Made by a program: the position numbers and the translations under genes. From positions 73,622,087-73,660,433 of the forward strand of contig NC_057717.1 in assembly GCF_004010195.1 (NCBI RefSeq): 38,347 bases of DNA, given 5' to 3'. Shown here in pieces: positions 20,701-32,856 of the stretch (position 1 is its first letter; each line of letters begins with the position of its first letter). The notes beneath the pieces were generated by a model, which made no database searches, had not been told where the DNA came from, and saw nothing but the letters and a program-made list of their open reading frames with translations. Origin of the DNA: Chiloscyllium plagiosum. Its lineage: Eukaryota.

Positions 20701-22600
20701 ATTCGGGTTGCAGATGAAGATGTAGGTTCGTTCTCTGAGCTCCTGTGGTTTTCTGCAGATGTTATGGCGTTTTGCTAAGTGACATCGTCAGTGCGTGGTC
20801 AGTGTGTGCCCCCCCCCCCACCCACCCACCGGGGTATTTATATGTCCCTGTTTTTGGCAGCTCAGGTTCTGTGTGCGCGTGGTTTGTGTGTGGGGTCCAA
20901 TTCAATGTGTTTATGATTACATTCCAGTTGGAGTGTCAAGTTTCTAAGTCTTTCAATTGTCCCTGTTTAGCCTGTGCTAGGATGGTCAAATTTCCCCAGT
21001 TGAAATCGTGTTTTTAGTTTTTCCGTGTGGTTGGAAATGAGGGTGTACTGGTCATGTCTATCAGTGGTGAGTTGATGTTTGGTGACTGGTATTGTCAGTT
21101 TTCTTCCTATTTGTCTGTGTAGTGTTTTTCATTCTTTGCAGGATACCGTGTGAGTAATGTTCGTTCTATTGAATTTGGGTGTTGGATCTTTAAACATTTT
21201 GAGGACCTGGTGACAGATGCTTGCTTGTTTCCGGACCACGAACGTTCCTGGGGATCTGAGTACTCGGGTGATCCTTTCTGATATTTCTTTGATGTGTGAT
21301 ATGGTCAGTATCGTGTCTGGTCAGGCAATGTTTTCTTCTTTAGGTTTGTGATGATGCTGCGCCTTTAACAAGGTTATATTGTCCATGGTTTTGTTTTTCA
21401 AAACATTGCAAAATGGCACAGACTCCTAAATGTCTCAACTGAAGCGTTTTAGGACCAATTTGATTATAGCTAACAGATACTGCCTCAGCCGTAGGGCTTT
21501 CAAGTTTAAAAAAGTACAATGCAAGGGTAGTGACCAGTTCTCCCAGCTCAGGTTGACACTGGTTTGGTTTGGTTTTAGCACAGTAATGTTATCAATCTGC
21601 TCGACCCAACCCAGCGGGTCCATGCTGATACTCTCCCTGACAGCTCACCTGCAAGACCCTGTGTTTGATATTACATTTGTGGCAAGGGATAATTTGGTGG
21701 ATTGTTGCAAATATTTGGAACATCATCGTTAAATTGGTATAATCTGTGAATTTTCATGTACATTAAGATTTTCTGCGCTCTGTTCTCTACTGTTCGTGTT
21801 CATTCAGTAACCCTCAAAATAAATACTGTTTTGTTTAAAATTAGAAAGTTTGACCAGCGGTATCTCTCCTGGAATATCCAGACTATACCTGCTTAAAACA
21901 ACGAACAAAGCTCGGATGTGTGCGACTTTCTTGAAATGTTTTGAGCGGGCCTGGCCTGGCCCACAGCAGGTTTTCTGCGTTACTATCGGAGTATAGTCCT
22001 CCTGGGGTACCTGTTTTGTTTACGTCCCTAGAATAAGTGTTCCTGTTTTGCCTTCCGGTGGTCTGGGTTGCGCCATTGTGTCCTTGGTCGTTTAAACAGT
22101 GTTCTCATACAACTTGTTTTGCGGGTGCTAAGGTGGTTTATGCTATTGTTCAGTATCTGGTCTGTGTGTGTGTTCTTCCTTTACACACTGATCCGAATTT
22201 CACGCTGTAGGTGTGTGTTCCACTAAAACGTCACGGAAGCAGTTTTTATTGTGCTTTCCTCTTCTTTCGTGAACATTACTCTTGTGAGGACGTTAATGAT
22301 GTCGTGGCGGGTTTCTTCCAGTTATGTACGTTTAGTGGTGACAAAGCCATCATTACATACTGATCCAGAATTTTCATTGGATGATGGGAATGGATATCCA
22401 ATCTAAGCGTAACATTACCGCTTCTGCTCTCAGTCTGATTATCGGTGACCACATTGACATACCATTTTATATAAAGTGAGAATTGGGCATAGGACCAAGT
22501 TGTTTGAGCATGCTATTCTTGTTGATGCTGCTGGCGCCGTCAGGTGTCCTTGTAAACGCTCCGTCCAATCATGTGGTAATACTATACTTAGTGAGGCCTA
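20690..22600 (-). mobile_element. Second, 5'-truncated PLE copy in tandem with the first (interrupted by a solo LTR)
   Basis: 20690-21346 and 21969-22600 align colinearly with 13485-14750 (for example tgctaggatggtcaaattt vs tgctaagatggtcacattt, and gccgtcaggtgtcc vs gccgtcgggtgtcc). Decayed hammerhead CTGACGA-tgtcac at ~20760-20795. Confidence 0.82.
21347..21968 (+). mobile_element. Solo LTR (622 bp)
   Basis: TG…CA termini, 4-bp TSD ggtt (21343-21346 / 21969-21972) and an internal aataaa (~21818). The host PLE is colinear once it is removed. Confidence 0.8.
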
Positions 22601-22624
22601 CAGAAAACCACACCAGATGAATAT

Positions 22625-22778
22625 TCGTTCTCAATAAATTGTGTTAGCTTTAAAGCTGAATAGTGTGGCTAATAGAATTATATATCCACCACAGAACGTT
22701 GCATTTTAAATATTATAAAAGTTAGAGTGTAAGTTATCTCCTTGATATATTTGAAGGCAGTTCAGTCTAGTCAATAAA
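22625..22778 (+). mobile_element. LTR 3' end, possibly the continuation of the LTR at 12984-13480
   Basis: aataaattgtgtt…aaagttagagtgt…tccttgatatatttgaaggcagttcagtctagtcaataaaa parallels the last 150 bp of the solo LTR (21818-21968). Confidence 0.5.
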
Positions 22779-22799
22779 ATTAACTTAATGTTAATAATG

Positions 22800-23130
22800 A
22801 TTAATCTCAGCTCTAATTATCACTAGAGTATTCTTCATGAGACCTCAGTCATGCCCTGGTTGAATGGGCTTGAATCCTACCATGGTATTTAAATTCAATA
22901 AAAAATCTGGAACTATGACTCTAATGATGACCACGAATCCCTTGTTGATTGTTTCTAAAACCCATTTGGCTCGATCATACCCTTTCGGTAGAGAATCTGC
23001 CTCTTTACTTGATCTGGCGTAATCGTAACTCCAGACAGACAGCACTGTGGTTGACTTCTTAACTGACTTCATTGACAATTAAGGGTGGATAACAAATGCT
23101 GAACTGGCTAGCGACTGCCTCATCGCATAA
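22800..23130 (+). mobile_element. Old SINE of a second family
   Basis: Decayed B-box-like gggcttgaatcct followed by a body (aaattcaataaaaaatctgga…aaaacccatttggctc…gaatctgcc…ctccagac…tgtggttgac…aaatgctg…ctagcgac) that I recall as a common chondrichthyan SINE. Not verified by search. Confidence 0.5.
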
Positions 23131-25536
23131 ATTATCAGTGATGAGGGAGTCGCTGGATAGGGCAACATTTATTAATAACATTTATTAAATTAATAACATT
23201 TTTTTTAAAAATCCCTCCTACACTCCCTGTTATGTACAGTTGTGACTGGACATTACAGTGTTCCAAGCCAGTTCAGGATTGCTGCCAATCTCCCATTTTC
23301 CCTGTGCAAACTACCAGTGACTGACACAGATACAGTCTGGGAGATGTATTCTCCAGACAGAGAAAGCTCAATTAGTGCTGGTAAAGGCACGCCTGATGAC
23401 AGCTGTTGTATTTCATCACACAAACTACGTTATGTGTCATGTCTCACTTCTTCCAAATTATCGACAATTAAGTGACTCAATATCACGACCAATTTTCAAA
23501 TCAATGCTGCAATCTGAAATGAATTAGATTTTTTTTTAAACGAGAACTTGCAATCATTAATCACTCATAAAACTGATGAACGCTATTTCATTTATTGTTT
23601 CTGAATGTGTACAAAGTGGGCCTCCATTTTGACAGCACAGCGAGGAGACAAGGAGGAGTGAAGCGAGGGCTGCCGGGAAGGGAAGGGCTTAATTTATATT
23701 TGGGCCGTGGCTAAACTCGAGATACTACACGTGTACAGGAACATGGCATCGTGGCGGCCATTGCTGTCCAGACGGGCCATAGGCCATAGTCATATGGGAT
23801 TCTATTGTGAGGGGAGGAGGTAGGCGGTTCTGTGGTCGAAAACGGGACTCCAGGATGGTATGTTGCCTCCCAGGTGCTCGGGTCAGAGATGTCACTGATC
23901 GGCTGCAGAGCATTCTAAAAGGGGAGGGTGAACAGCCAGTTGTCTTGGTGCATATAGGCACCAACGATATAAATAGAAAAAGAGATGAGGTCCTGAATGA
24001 AGAATTCATGGAGCTAGGAGAGAAGTTAAAAAGGAGGAGCTCAAAGGTGTGATCTCGGGATTACTGCCAGTGCCACGTGCTAGCCAGCGTAGAAATGAAA
24101 AGATAGGTAGGATGAACACGTGGCTTAAGAGATGGTCTAGGAGGGAGGGATTCAGATTTGTTGGTCATTCGGACCAGTTCTGGGGAAGGTGGGAATATTA
24201 CAAAAAGGGACGGTCTACATCTCAACCATACCGTTACTGATGTCCTTGGGCAGTTTTTGCTACTGCTGTTGGGGAGGTTTTAACTAATGTGGCAAGGAGC
24301 TGGGAGCCAGAAGAGAAAACAGCGAGGTGGTGACTGGAGACTAAGAATTATGAAGATATCATTACTAGAGGGAAGAGTAGGCAGATGAGTGCAAAAAAAA
24401 CAACAGTGGCCTGAAATGCATCTACTTTAATGCAAGGTGTATAGTGTGTAAGGCAGATGAACCTAGGATTTGGATCGGTGCCTGGGAGTATTACGTTATT
24501 GCAATCACAGAGACTTGGGTGAAGGTAGGACATGATGATTGGCAACTAAATGTTCCAGGATATAGACGCTTCAGACAGGACAGGGAAGGAAGTAAAGAGG
24601 AGGGGGGTGGAGTTGCATTGCTGGTCAGGTCACGGCTGTGCTAAAGGACCACACTATGGAGATCTTGGGTAGTGATGCATTATGGGTAGAGCTGACTAAT
24701 AAGAAGGATGCAGTTACATTGTTGGGGCTGTATTACAGGCCTCCCAACAGTGATTGTGAGGTAGAAGAACAAAAAGGTAAACAGATTATGGAAAGTTGTA
24801 GAGGTAATAGGGTAGCAGTGATGGAAAAAAAATAATTTTCACAACATTGACTGGGATACACTTAGTGTCAGAGGTCTGGATGGGGTAGAATTTGTAAGAA
24901 GTGCCCAGGAGACTTTTCTAGAGAAGTATGTCAATAGCCCGATGAGGGAAGGGGCCATATTGGACCGGGTACTGGGCAACGAGACAGGACAGGTGGTAGA
25001 AGTTGCGGTGGGGAATTTATTTGGGTAAAGTGACCACAACTCTGTAAGTTTTCGAATACTCGTAGATAAAGAAGAAGGTGGTCCTAAAGGAAGAGTACTA
25101 AACTGGGCCAAGGCCAATTACATCAAAATTAGTCAGGAGCTCGGAAAGGTGGATTGGAGTCAGCTATTTGAAGGGAAGTCCACATTTGAGATGGGGTAGG
25201 CTTTCAAAGATAGGTTAAAGATAGTGAAGGATAGACATGTCCCCTTGAATGCAAAGGATAGGAAGGGCAAAATTCGTGAACCGTGGATGATAGGAAAAAT
25301 GGTCGACTAGGCAAGAGGAAAAGGGAAGCATACATAAGGTCTACGCAGCTATGAACAGAACGGGCCCTGGATGAATATTGGAAGAGAAGAGAACGCCTCA
25401 TCTTCCGCCTCAGGACACTTCAACCCAGGGCATCATTGTTGACTTCAACAGTTTGCTCATTTCCCCTTCCCCCACCTCATCCCAGTTCCAAACTTCCAGC
25501 TCAGCACTGTCCCCATGACTTGTCCTGACTTGTCCT

Positions 25537-25957
25537 ATAGAACATAGAAAGAACATAGAAAAATACAGCGCAGTACAGGCCCTTTAGCCCTTGATGTTGC
25601 GCCAATCCAAGCCCACCTAACCTACACTAGCCCACCTAACCTACACTAGCCCACTTAACCTACACTAGCCCACTATCCTCCATATGCCTATCCAATGCCA
25701 GTTTAAATGCCCATAAAGAGGCACTGCTACTGGCAGGGCATTCCATGAACTCACGACTCGCTGAGTAAAGAATCTACCCCTAACATCTGTCCTATACCTA
25801 CCACCCCTTAATTTAAAGCTATGCCCCCTCGTAATAGCTGACTCCATACGTGGAAAAAGGTTCTCATGGTCAACCCTATCTAAACCCCTAATCATCTTGT
25901 ACACCTCTATCAAGTCACCCCTAAACCTTCTTTTCTCCAATGAAAACAACCCCAAGT
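25537..25957 (-). mobile_element. CR1 3' fragment inserted in the PLE; same subfamily as 8278-9537
   Basis: ORF 25665-25955 reads GLFSLEKRRFRGDLIEVYKMIRGLDRVDHENLF. Tail (tctatgt)n. Confidence 0.92.
25610..25674. repeat. 19-bp minisatellite x3.4 (agcccacctaacctacact)
   Basis: Units start at 25610, 25629 and 25648, with a partial unit at 25667. Confidence 0.92.
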
Positions 25958-27336
25958 GCTCACCTATTGTATTCTATGCTACTTTCTCCCCACTCCCACC
26001 CTCCTCTCACTTATCTCTCCACACTTCAGGCTCTCTGCCTGTATTCATGATGAAGGGCTTTTGCCCGAAACGTCGATTTTACTGCTCCTCGGATGCTGCC
26101 TGAACCGCTGTGCTCTTCCAGCACCACCAATCCAGAATCTGGTTTCCAGCATCTGCAGTCATTGTTTTTATTTATTGGAAGAGTAGGACAAGTCTTAAAC
26201 GAGCAATCAAGCAGGCTAAAAGGGATAATGAAATAGCTTTAGTGAGCAGAATTAAGGAGAATCCCTAAACAATTTATTCTTATATAAGAAGCAATCGGGT
26301 AACTAGAGGTCCACTAAAGGATAACGAACCTGATGGAATGGGTGAGATTCTGAATGATTACTTTGCATCAGTGTTCACTGAGGAGAGGAACATAATGAAT
26401 GTTGAGATTAGAGATAAAAGTTTGATTAGTCTGGATTACGTTGACATAAGTAGGGAAGATGCATTGTGTAGGCTAGAGGTTATTAATGTGGACAAACCCA
26501 CAGGACCGGGTGGAATCTATCCCAGGTTGCTGAGGGAGGCGAGAGAGGAAATAGCTGGGGCCCTGACAGATATCTTTGTGGCATCCTTAAATACAGGTGA
26601 AGTGCTGGAGGGCGGGAGGGTGTCTTATGTTGTCTCCCTGTACAAGAAGGGTAGTACGGATATTCCAGGCAACTACAGACCAGTGAGCCTGACGTCAGTG
26701 GTGGGAAAGTTGCTAGAGAGGTTACTGAGGGATCGGACCTATTTATATTTAGAAAATAATGGGCTCATCAGTGATGGGCAAGTGGTATTGTGCGGGGGAG
26801 ATCGTGCCTTACCAACTTAATAGAGTTCTTTGAAGAAGTGACAAAGTTGATAGATAAAGGAAGGGCTGTTGATGTCATATGCATGGACATGAGTAAGGCG
26901 TTTGATAAGGTTCTCCATGGTAAACTAATGGAGAAAGTGAAGTCACATGGTGTGCAGGGTGTTCCTGGAACTGGTTGAGTAACAGGAGACAGAGAGTAGT
27001 AGTTGAAGAGAGTTTCTCGAAATGGAGGAACGTGATGAGTGGTGTTCCACAGGGGTCAGTGTTGGGGACATAAGAAACCGGAATAGGTTACTTTTGGTAT
27101 GATCAGCAAGATTGCAGATGACACGAAGATTGGTGGAGTAGCAGAAAGCATATGGGACTGTCTGAGACGACAGGAGGATATAGGTAGACTGGAGATTTGG
27201 GCGGAAAGGTGGCAGAAAGAGTTCAATCTAGACAAATGTGAGATGACGCATTTAGGCAAGATTAATTTGAGAGCGAATTATGCAATGAAAGGAAAAGCCT
27301 TGGGTAAAGTTGATGGGCAGAGAGATCTGGAAGTAT

Positions 27337-27628
27337 AGATTAGATTACTTACAGTAAGGAAACAGGCCCTTCGACCCAACAAGTCCACACCGCCCCGCCG
27401 AAGCACAACCCACCCATACCCCTACATTTACCCCTTACCTAACACTACGGGCAATTTAGCATGGCCAATTCACCTGACCTGCACATCTTTGGACTGTGGG
27501 AGGAAACCCACTCAGACACGGGGAGAACGTGCAAACTCCACAAAGTCAGTCGCCTGAGGCGGGAATTGAACCCGGGTCTCTGGCGCTGTGAGGCAGCAGT
27601 GCTAACTACTGTGCCACCGTGCCGCCCA
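27337..27628 (-). mobile_element. V-SINE/HE1-type SINE inside CR1 element C
   Basis: Same family as 17418-17736, with a short deletion between the two ggaggaaacc repeats. Confidence 0.92.
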
Positions 27629-29479
27629 CTAGGTTCATTGTACCCTGAAGGTTGCTGCATAGGTGAATAGAGTGGTGAAGAAGGCATGTAGTATGCTTGC
27701 CTTCATTGGACGGGGTATTGAGTATAAAAGCTGGCAAGTCATGTTAAAATTGTACAAGAAATTGGTTTGGCCGCATTTAGAATACTGTGTAAAGTTCTGG
27801 TCGCCACATTAACAAATGGATGTGGACGCTTTGGAGAGGATGCAGAGAAGGTTTACGAAGATGTTACCTGGTATGAAAGGTGCTAGCTATGAAGAGAGGT
27901 TGAGTCGGTTAGGTTTATTTTCATTTGAGAAATGGAGATTGAGCGGGGAGTGATTGTGGTTTACAAAACTTTGAAGAGTATAGACAGGGTGGTTAGAGAT
28001 AAGCGTTTTCCCAGGGTGAAGGAATCAATAACGAGTGGTCACGCTTTCAAGGTGTGAGGTAGAAAGATAAGGGGGATACACGCGGCAAGTACTTCACACA
28101 GAGGGTGGTGGGCGTTTGGAATGCGTTGACAGCAGAGGTGGTAGAGGCAGGCACGGCAGACTCATTTAAGATGCGTCTGGACAGATGCATGAATAGGTGG
28201 GGAGCAGAGGGATACAGATGCTGAGGAATTGAGCGGGAGGTTTAGACAGTAGATTTGGATTGGCTCAGGTTTGGAGGGCCGAAGTGCCTGTTCCTGGGCT
28301 GTAAATTTTCTTTGTTCTTTGTTCTTTGTTGTATTCGAAAACAGTCTGTTCCTAATTATCTGTATCAGATCAATAGGCCTGAAATGCACATAGAAATATG
28401 GTCTCCAATTTCTTTTTAAGTTTTGTCTCGACCATGCATCCTAACAGTGAGGTTAAGATAGCGATCACCTCTGTGTCTGTACACTCACAAAACACCTTTT
28501 AAATGTTTGGAAACATATCTTCGAGTGTATGCCAGTCGCTCTTGATGCCTGTTCTGGTACGATACATGTTTGGACAAAATTTGACTATATTTGCTTCATT
28601 ACTGTATTTCATAATTGTCTGCTACAAGACTGAATTAGAATTGAATACAATTTCAGAAATGTTCGGTTTGCCCATTCAGTGTGTGTAAACATTCCGGCAT
28701 ATTTCAATTGAATTAAGATGAAACGTTGAATTATCCCCTTATGGACGGATATAACATCTGCTCTTTCCATCTACAAATAAATTTCAGCAGTCATTTCTCC
28801 ATTATTGTGCCCCTAAATTCTTTGATTCCTGTTTTAAATTCCCATGAGGTCGTGAAAGTATTCCAGTGAAAAATAGATGCGTGATTTTAATTATTATAAA
28901 ACGACTTCTTAACACCACTTACAAATTCAATAAAGCAATAATGGAAACGAGCTGTTTTCGTTCTCTGAACAATTTGTAAATTTAGCTTAGACGCACTCAA
29001 CATATTTGAAGGCAATATAAGAGTACGCAATTCTCAATTTAATATATGTGAAGTTTAAAAGTAATGACATGTACCGATAGATCAAACAGAACACTGACGA
29101 GAAGAAGTGAAATAATTATATGCAGTGACTCCCCTGTGTTTTCACAACTGATGTAAATTCTTTAGTTGTCTTATTCGCTGGTTGACCGTGATTTCGATTT
29201 CACTTCAGCAAGATTACTCTTCAAACAAATCATGAGTGTGACCAGAGATATACAGTCATACTTTTTTTTATGACAGGTTCAAACGACTTCCCTGTTATAG
29301 AAGCCAATAACTTCCTGTTATATATATTCCCTCACTTCTGAAGTAAAGATATTTGCTGCTTTACGGTTTGATGCAATCTTTCGTGATCCTATGAAGCTAT
29401 GATAATTTAAGATGAACATTTCATTACAACACTGAGAAAGGCACCTGAACCAGATCAACATTTTCACCTCTTTACTTGC

Positions 29480-30040
29480 AACATAGCAAAATTTAAAACT
29501 TCAAACACCCCGTGAATATACTCAAATAGTTTCTAGCAAAATGTTTTGCATAACCAGTGCCATGACATACAAATAATAAATCTAGACACTATGTCTGTAG
29601 CATAAACACAAGACACCAATTTATTTGGAAGACTTTGGGAATGCACCTCTGATAGACTCCCGTTTATTGACTTTATCTCCACCTTGCACATGATCATTGC
29701 AACTAAATTCGTCTCCAAACTTCGAAACTCTGCTCCCTCCTTTGCAATTGGATCCTTGATTTCGTGACCCACGGACCGTAGTGAGGAAGGACAGGTAACA
29801 ATTCTTCCTCCACAATAATTCAAATGCTCATGATCAGCAAGGCTATGTGCTCCCCGACCCCCGCTTCGATACTTATTACACTGTCACGAATGTGAGGCGA
29901 AATTCAGCGCTGAACATACCACTAGAGTTGGTCAAATCTGAAAAGACGAGAGAGTACAGGAAAGTGACAGATAGCTTCGTGACATGGTGTTATTGGGGAA
30001 AGAGACAAAGAACAGCCTTGCGTTCTGTGTTCAGAAGTAC
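29480..30040 (+). mobile_element. Old Rex1/Babar-like non-LTR RT fragment
   Basis: Degenerate FIDF.ST..MII.TK.VSKL….SL CNWILDF.T.GP.VR…QG.VL.P. Confidence 0.6.
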
Positions 30041-31329
30041 AATCAATCACGATTCGAGCTCTTTATAACAAGCGAGGGAGAGGCCCAGAGGCACTCCGAA
30101 TCTGGACAATGCGTGCTACCTAATCGCTCTCTTAATATTCAGCTCAGACCAGAAGAGAGGTCAATTACACTTTAATTTGCCTCGGGGGATATAGCATTTC
30201 TATACATTTTGCATTAAAATAATTGCATGCAACATTGTCGTTGGTCTTTGCACTTTTATCTGGACAACCAATCCTGTTAAACACCTGATCAATGATGGAC
30301 GCCCCTGTGAGCAGGCCGAGGTTCCCCACCATTTCATGATGTTTCCCAGACATTGTAATCATCGATTCTGAGATCTTACAATGTATCCCATTAAATCGCA
30401 TTCCAAAGTGCATGGTAATATTCCTCTGGACATTTACCAGAATTGCTCATCTCTAAGCATTATTCGAATTATGATATTCATTTTATTAATTGATATCCCT
30501 ATCAAATACTCATCTTATGTTTCCCACTGTCCTATTCACCGGGAAAACAGAAGGAAGTTAGTTATTACTATAATTGCTATACAATTCACATTATTTATTC
30601 TTCTATACAGTTAATTATATGTAAACGTTTAAGTTGACACGTGCTCTGAACATTGTTTAGCTATTGAGTTGTGAGTGTTTTTTGTCCCACCTAATATCGG
30701 AGGCTCAGTTAGTTACTTCCTGTGTACCTTGCATTATAACTCATTCTAGACAAATGCTATCTTCCTGGATTCAATTTATTGGCACTGTTCTGACTAACTC
30801 TTTTTACCTAATAAGACAACAACTTTTTCTTCAGTAAGTCTAAAACTCAATTACTTCCACAGCTTAACGAATTTGTTTGATTTCCTAGAATTTTTACGAG
30901 TTATGATCCCACAGTTATCATTTGTGTCTGTTATTGGTGTGTCCTACTGTTATCTTTAATGCTTGTCACAAACTTAATTACAGACAAAAAAAACTTTGGA
31001 CGCTCGAAATCGATTTAGACAGCATCAGACTCGGACAACACAACAAGCAGGATTTGAAGAAACTCAGGCTGTCTATGCTTAGGCTTATCTTAAGAAATTA
31101 TCTCCTACAGAACTCTGCAGTTGCTGTTTATGCCGAACTCCCTTCATGTTAATTTTGAAAATTCTTTGTTCAAAGTAGATCCTATTATCTTGAGATAGCT
31201 CCTTTTCAAATCTACCATTGTGTGAGCTTATGGTCTCACTTTAATGCTGATTAGGCAAGCTCAACAATGGAAATACAACTATCATTCCTTCAATTTCAGC
31301 AAAACGAAGAGGTGAGTCATCGACTTCAG

Positions 31330-31950
31330 GAAGTGGAGTGGATCCAACGTTCTGGGGTCGCAGTCGCTGAGAGCTTCGAGTTTCTAGACATACATATCAT
31401 CAACAATCTACCCCAATGTATCAACGTTGACTCTACTTCCTCAGAAGGCTAGGATAACTCATCATGTCCACAGTGAATCGCAACAATTTTTATACATGCA
31501 ACGTAGAAAACACCCTGTCCAGATGCAACAGAGCATGAAACGGTAACTGCTCTGTACCAGACAGCAAGAAATTATACAAAAGACAGCCTTCCTTCCATTA
31601 AATCTATCTTCACTACCCAGTGCTTCGGGAAAGCAGCCAAAATATTTTTTTAAAAACACCTACCACCCTGGTTATAATTTCTTCCATCTATTTCTGATGG
31701 GCAAAATATTGAAACGCTTAAAAACATGTTGCCAACAAATTTAAGAACAGCTTCTTCCACTCTCTTATCAGACATATGAACAGACCTCGCACACATTAGA
31801 GTTGATCTTTCTCTGTACATTTTCGGTTACTGTAACACGAGAGTTTGCATTCCGTTCTATTGGCCTGACGTACTTTTATAAGCGATGATTTTAGTACACA
31901 AAACAGTACTGTTTTATTGTATCTACGTACATGTGACAATAATAAATTAT
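31330..31950 (+). mobile_element. Rex1/Babar-like 3' fragment
   Basis: …ESFEFL.IHI.NNL…, …FYTC.VE..LS.C…, …FKNSFF..IR, ending gtacatgtgacaataataaat. Colinear with 29480-30040. Confidence 0.6.
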
Positions 31951-32856
31951 AAGTCAAAATTCAAACTAACTTTAGCAGAGCAAATTTAAGCAGTAAGGTA
32001 ATCTAAGTGATGTCTACGATTTAATCCAAATAACCTTTGTTTTCAGTCCCATTCACACAAAAGACATTAAAGATAAATAAACATTGCAAAGGGATTAGAA
32101 AAAAGAAACTAACAAAACTGACTAGAATGCCAGGAGTTTACATGAGGTACTGTTCAACAGGCATCTTTCCTAAAGATATTCGTTAGGCCTAGCTTCTCAG
32201 TTCATTCTGAGGAAGTCAGTGATATTCAAATTTCTATTGCCTTAACATCAAATAGCTGTTAATTGCAGGTTGGGCAGGGAGTGTTTAACTCCACAGGCTG
32301 CAGCATCAACAGCCAAATTCCTTCACACAGAAAACACAGTTTAATTCCAGGGTCAAACTCTGGTCTCTCCATTTCACACTGACCAGTCTCAACGAGGTCC
32401 CAGTTAACAGTCAACATTTAACATCTGCTTGAACACAAAGCTTATCCTATAATATCGGTGACCAATCCCCATGCACTGACCCTGGTAAGCGCCATTATCT
32501 GCTATCTGTTGAAACAGACTGCCCTTCTCTGGTGTTGACGATTCTGTATAACTTGTTGGTCAGTAACCAACTGCAATTAACTTCCAGGCTGGCCTCACAA
32601 GTAAACTACAGCTTGCTTGGCCTGTTCTGCTTTTTAAACATTAACTGATATCCACAATGGAAAGATCATCTTCAGCTCGCAATTCGCAATCCACGGCTCC
32701 AAAGCTAAGTCGATAATGTAAAGCAACATCAAAATGAAAACTCAACGAGGATTCTACCAATATATGTTATAAACTACAGCAAACCGCTTTCAAGTAAGGA
32801 AAGGAGACATTAACTTTTATGTCATTTAAAGGCAAGCATAAAATGGTTTGTTCCGA

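Larger units (their letters stand above)
25387..26172 (+). mobile_element. 5'-truncated PLE (Neptune-like GIY-YIG C-terminus + 3' UTR with hammerhead)
   Basis: 11-bp TSD tattggaagag (25376-25386 / 26173-26183). Encodes ERLIFRLRTLQPRGIIVDFNS, then a pyrimidine-rich UTR, then aTGATGA-AGGGC-TTTT-GCCC-GAAACGTC (26047-26074; first core C mutated). Confidence 0.82.
23640..28327 (+). mobile_element. Near full-length decayed CR1 element C (ORF1 esterase, APE endonuclease, RT, 3' tail) with three nested insertions
   Basis: ORF1 reads VLVHIGTND. APE motifs: YFNAR, IAITETW, YYRPPN, LDRVLGN, DHN. RT motifs: NYRPVSLTSVVGKLLE, DMSKAFDKV, KIADDTK. Tail tctttgttctttgttcttt. Many frameshifts. Confidence 0.93.

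Noticed and set aside
25610-25674. Possible CRISPR-like array
   Set aside because: No spacers; it is a simple tandem repeat in a eukaryotic LINE.
30165-30413. 82-aa minus-strand ORF in repeat-poor sequence
   Set aside because: No recognisable domain, non-ATG start and no convincing splice pair; the length is expected by chance.
31960-32850. Possible further LTR-like repeat on the minus strand
   Set aside because: No termini, TSD or in-window homologue could be identified.
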